64,000 nt of DNA from an uncultured Chloroflexia bacterium (GTDB taxonomy: Bacteria > Chloroflexota > Limnocylindria > Limnocylindrales > CSP1-4): assembly GCA_963712745.1 (NCBI GenBank), contig CAVQJC010000012.1:13319-77318 (forward strand), in the 5' to 3' direction. The notes below the pieces were generated by a model that saw only the letters and a program-made list of their open reading frames with translations, was not told the DNA's origin and searched no databases. Of the stretch, positions 59,870 to 64,000 are shown in pieces. Both the position numbers and the translations under genes were made by a program. Positions within the stretch are counted from its first letter, which is position 1, and each line of letters opens with the position of its first letter.

Positions 59870-60496
59870 TCACTCGTAGGCGGCGGGCAGGTTCTCCCAG
59901 ATCGGCGAGGAGGTCGCACCGCGCGCCGTGCCGATGACATGGTGGGAACGACAGCGAGCCTCGTAGCGGTCGTCGTTCATACCCCCGACCACGATGAGCG
60001 GATCGTCGGCGGCCGCAGGTCGTCCACCGACCAGGCGCTGGGTACGGGTGGCCTCGGCGCCGCAGACGGTGCAGATCGCGGTCAGCTTGGTGACCTCGTC
60101 GGCCAGGGCCAGCAGCGTGGGCATGGCGTTGAAGGGGCGGCCGAGGAAGTCCTGGTCAAGGCCGCTGATGAGGACCGAGCGGCCCTCCGCCGCGAGCAGC
60201 TCCGCGATCTCGGGCAGGCCCTCGTCGAAGAACTGGGCCTCGTCGATGGCCACGACCGAGGCACGCATGGCCGTGACCAGCGGCGGGATCTCGCTGCTGT
60301 CTGTGACCGACTCGGCCTGCCACGTCACGCCCGAGCGCGATTCGACCGCCCCAGCCTCGGTACGGTCGTCCATGGCCGGGCGCACGAGCAGCACACGGCG
60401 ACCGGCGATCTCCGCCCGTCGGATGAGGCGCAGCATCTCGTCGGTCTTGCCGCTGAACATGCAGCCTGTGATGAGGTGGATCCAGCCGCCGACCAT
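59870..60496 (-). CDS. tdk: thymidine kinase
   Basis: GCMFSGKT, IDEAQFF, GLDQDF, AICTVCG, YEARCR. Confidence 0.95.
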   Translation of the reverse strand: MVGGWIHLITGCMFSGKTDEMLRLIRRAEIAGRRVLLVRPAMDDRTEAGAVESRSGVTWQAESVTDSSEIPPLVTAMRASVVAIDEAQFFDEGLPEIAELLAAEGRSVLISGLDQDFLGRPFNAMPTLLALADEVTKLTAICTVCGAEATRTQRLVGGRPAAADDPLIVVGGMNDDRYEARCRSHHVIGTARGATSSPIWENLPAAYE

Positions 60497-60527
60497 CGGG
60501 ACAGTCTAGTGAACCGCGCGGCCACGC

Positions 60528-61895
60528 TCAGGCGTCGGCTGCAGCGGCATCTGTCGTCGGCTCTGGCGCTTCCGAGTCGACCGCCTCGGGCGGCGGCACC
60601 AACCAGGGGATGCAGGCACCGATGCCCTCGCCGGCCACCAGCCCGGCACGCTTGGTCGAGCGGAACGGCGGCACCGCTTCGAGGATGGCGTCGGTCGCCC
60701 GTTCGAGCCAGGCGTCGAACACGTCGTCGTCAGTGAGCTCGGGCTCGAAGTCACGCAACACGTTGAACCCACGCCGGGTCAGCCCCAGCTCCAGCGCCAG
60801 TAGCGCTCCGTCGCCCTCCAGCCCGACCTCCAGCTCGGAGCGCTGACGGATGACCACGCCGTCCTCGAAGAGGTTGACCCAGGTGGGAATGGCGATGCGT
60901 CCGTCGCCGTCCTCGTCGGCCGCGTCGATGACGGCCTCGAGCGCGGAGCGCGTCCCTTCGTCGAGAGGCAGGCGCACCCCGCCACGCCACGATGCGGGGG
61001 CCTCCACGTCCCGAAGGGTCTGTCCGTTTTCGACCAGTCGCGGGACCACGAAGGCCTCGTCCGTGACCGACCCTTCGAGGCAGCTCGGCACCAGACCCAG
61101 GCGGCCGCTGGCGGGGATGTCCGCGAGGCCGACGCCGACCGCGTCGTAGCCGCCGTCGGGTCCGGCCACATGCGTGACTACCCGGAACTCGTCGCCGAAC
61201 GCGCGTGGAGCGATGAGCACGTCGAGCACGTTGGGCGCGGCCCAGTGAGCCGCGAACGGGCCCTTGGACTTGTACCAGCCCTTGGCCAGGTCACTGCGGA
61301 GCAGGCGGGTCTTGCCGGTGGTCGCCGCCCAGGTCGTGGAGTAGACGTCCTGGGAGCCGGCGAAGGGATGGCTCGGTGCAGTCACCGCGGTCGGCGAGTC
61401 ATTGCGTCGCGACCCGTCGATGTCGGTAGCCACGTGGACGCTGGCGTGGCCGCCTGTGACCTGGTCGAGTGGGCGGTCGAGCACGACCCTGACCAGCACG
61501 TTCCGGCCATCCCGCACGGCCTTCTTGGCCGTGCCCACCTTGAGCAGATGATCCTGATCATCCGATCTGCGCACCGCCGGGGCCTCGCGCACATCGACTT
61601 CAGCGAGACCGACAGCGATGATATCGAGCCCATCAGGGGACACGTCCCCGACCTCGTCCTCGATCCAGACGGTGCCCTCGAGCGGCCCGAAGAGGCTGGG
61701 CAGGTCCTGCTGCTCGGCCTCCGACCAGTCCGGCAGGACGCAGTCGAACGACCGTTCATCGCCGCACCTGGGCAGGTCCTGCGCAGCGACTGGGGCGGCG
61801 ATGACACCGGCCACCAGGCCGAGCGAGACCGCCAGGGCCAGGGCTCGCCGCGCGAGAGGACGCGGGCGAGACGGGAGGAAGAGACGACGACTCAT
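60528..61895 (-). CDS. secreted hypothetical protein
   Basis: Signal peptide (..PVAA-Q); DEDGDG Ca-binding-like loop; typical high-GC codon usage. Confidence 0.7.
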   Translation of the reverse strand: MSRRLFLPSRPRPLARRALALAVSLGLVAGVIAAPVAAQDLPRCGDERSFDCVLPDWSEAEQQDLPSLFGPLEGTVWIEDEVGDVSPDGLDIIAVGLAEVDVREAPAVRRSDDQDHLLKVGTAKKAVRDGRNVLVRVVLDRPLDQVTGGHASVHVATDIDGSRRNDSPTAVTAPSHPFAGSQDVYSTTWAATTGKTRLLRSDLAKGWYKSKGPFAAHWAAPNVLDVLIAPRAFGDEFRVVTHVAGPDGGYDAVGVGLADIPASGRLGLVPSCLEGSVTDEAFVVPRLVENGQTLRDVEAPASWRGGVRLPLDEGTRSALEAVIDAADEDGDGRIAIPTWVNLFEDGVVIRQRSELEVGLEGDGALLALELGLTRRGFNVLRDFEPELTDDDVFDAWLERATDAILEAVPPFRSTKRAGLVAGEGIGACIPWLVPPPEAVDSEAPEPTTDAAAADA

Positions 61896-61971
61896 CGCGG
61901 CGGAGTCTAGAACGGTGCGAACGAACCCGCCCACCGCGCAGCTGCGGGCCGGCTCCGAGCAGGAATCGAAA

Positions 61972-61996
61972 GACCCGGGCCTCATCAACCCGGGTC
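61972..61996 (-). terminator. terminator downstream of groEL
   Basis: gacccggg/cccgggtc stem followed by TTT on the minus strand. Confidence 0.55.
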
Positions 61997-62044
61997 CCTC
62001 GGACTGAAGTGGGAGGCTGACCGAAGTGCGGTCAGCAGCGACGA

Positions 62045-63721
<1,677 letters not shown>

Positions 63722-63736
63722 TCAGTACGTCTCTGA

Positions 63737-64000
63737 CTAGCCCTCGACGACGGCGAGGATGTCCTTCTGACTGACGATGAGGAGTTCCTCGTCGTCGATC
63801 TTGAACTCGGTGCCGGCGTACTTGGCATAGAGGACCTTGTCCCCGACCTTGACGTCCATCGGCTCGCGGTCGCCATCGTCATTCAGCCGACCGGGCCCGG
63901 CGGCGATGATCTCGCCCTCCTGGGGCTTCTCCTTGGCCGTGTCCGGTAGGACGATGCCGCTCTTGGTCATCTCCTCACGGGCCATGGGCTGGACGACGAC
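63737..64000 (-). CDS. groES: co-chaperonin GroES (5' end outside window)
   Basis: [29 protein letters not shown]. Confidence 0.97.
   Translation of the reverse strand, partial: VVVQPMAREEMTKSGIVLPDTAKEKPQEGEIIAAGPGRLNDDGDREPMDVKVGDKVLYAKYAGTEFKIDDEELLIVSQKDILAVVEG

Overview
High-GC bacterial sequence in two parts. From about 6.3 kb onward it is mostly an ordinary chromosomal backbone. Its gene content and signal-peptide style suggest Chloroflexota, but that is inference only. It carries dnaE, gatC/gatA/gatB, ligA, pcrA/uvrD, tdk, groES/groEL, a BMP-type nucleoside ABC system, an ABC-2 exporter, a P-type ATPase, GH25 and M14 hydrolases, and a 2422-aa vWA/CnaB-repeat surface protein. Several genes, including the essential ligA, have single-base frameshifts that look like consensus errors. 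Best candidates for undescribed biology: (1) 660-6284: an ECF-like sigma factor, then four tandem small beta-rich paralogues sharing an invariant HVHCQT motif (plus a possible divergent fifth), then a Cys-rich ORF coupled to a lipoprotein. A degenerate copy of the last paralogue's 3' end then precedes a second, different ORF, so the locus looks like a polymorphic cassette array. (2) A sortase-fold protein with Ser/Lys in place of the catalytic Cys/Arg, convergent with a giant adhesin ending in QPPTD-TM-basic tail. (3) An XRE-HTH/PD-(D/E)XK nuclease gene inserted antisense in the gat operon, bracketed by a 9x22-bp array and a 51/17-bp array. (4) A secreted peptide made of TWDGR repeats next to a tRNA-like element. 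(5) A 49-codon leader ORF overlapping the start of an ornithine decarboxylase gene. All family assignments come from motif reading by eye; no searches were run.
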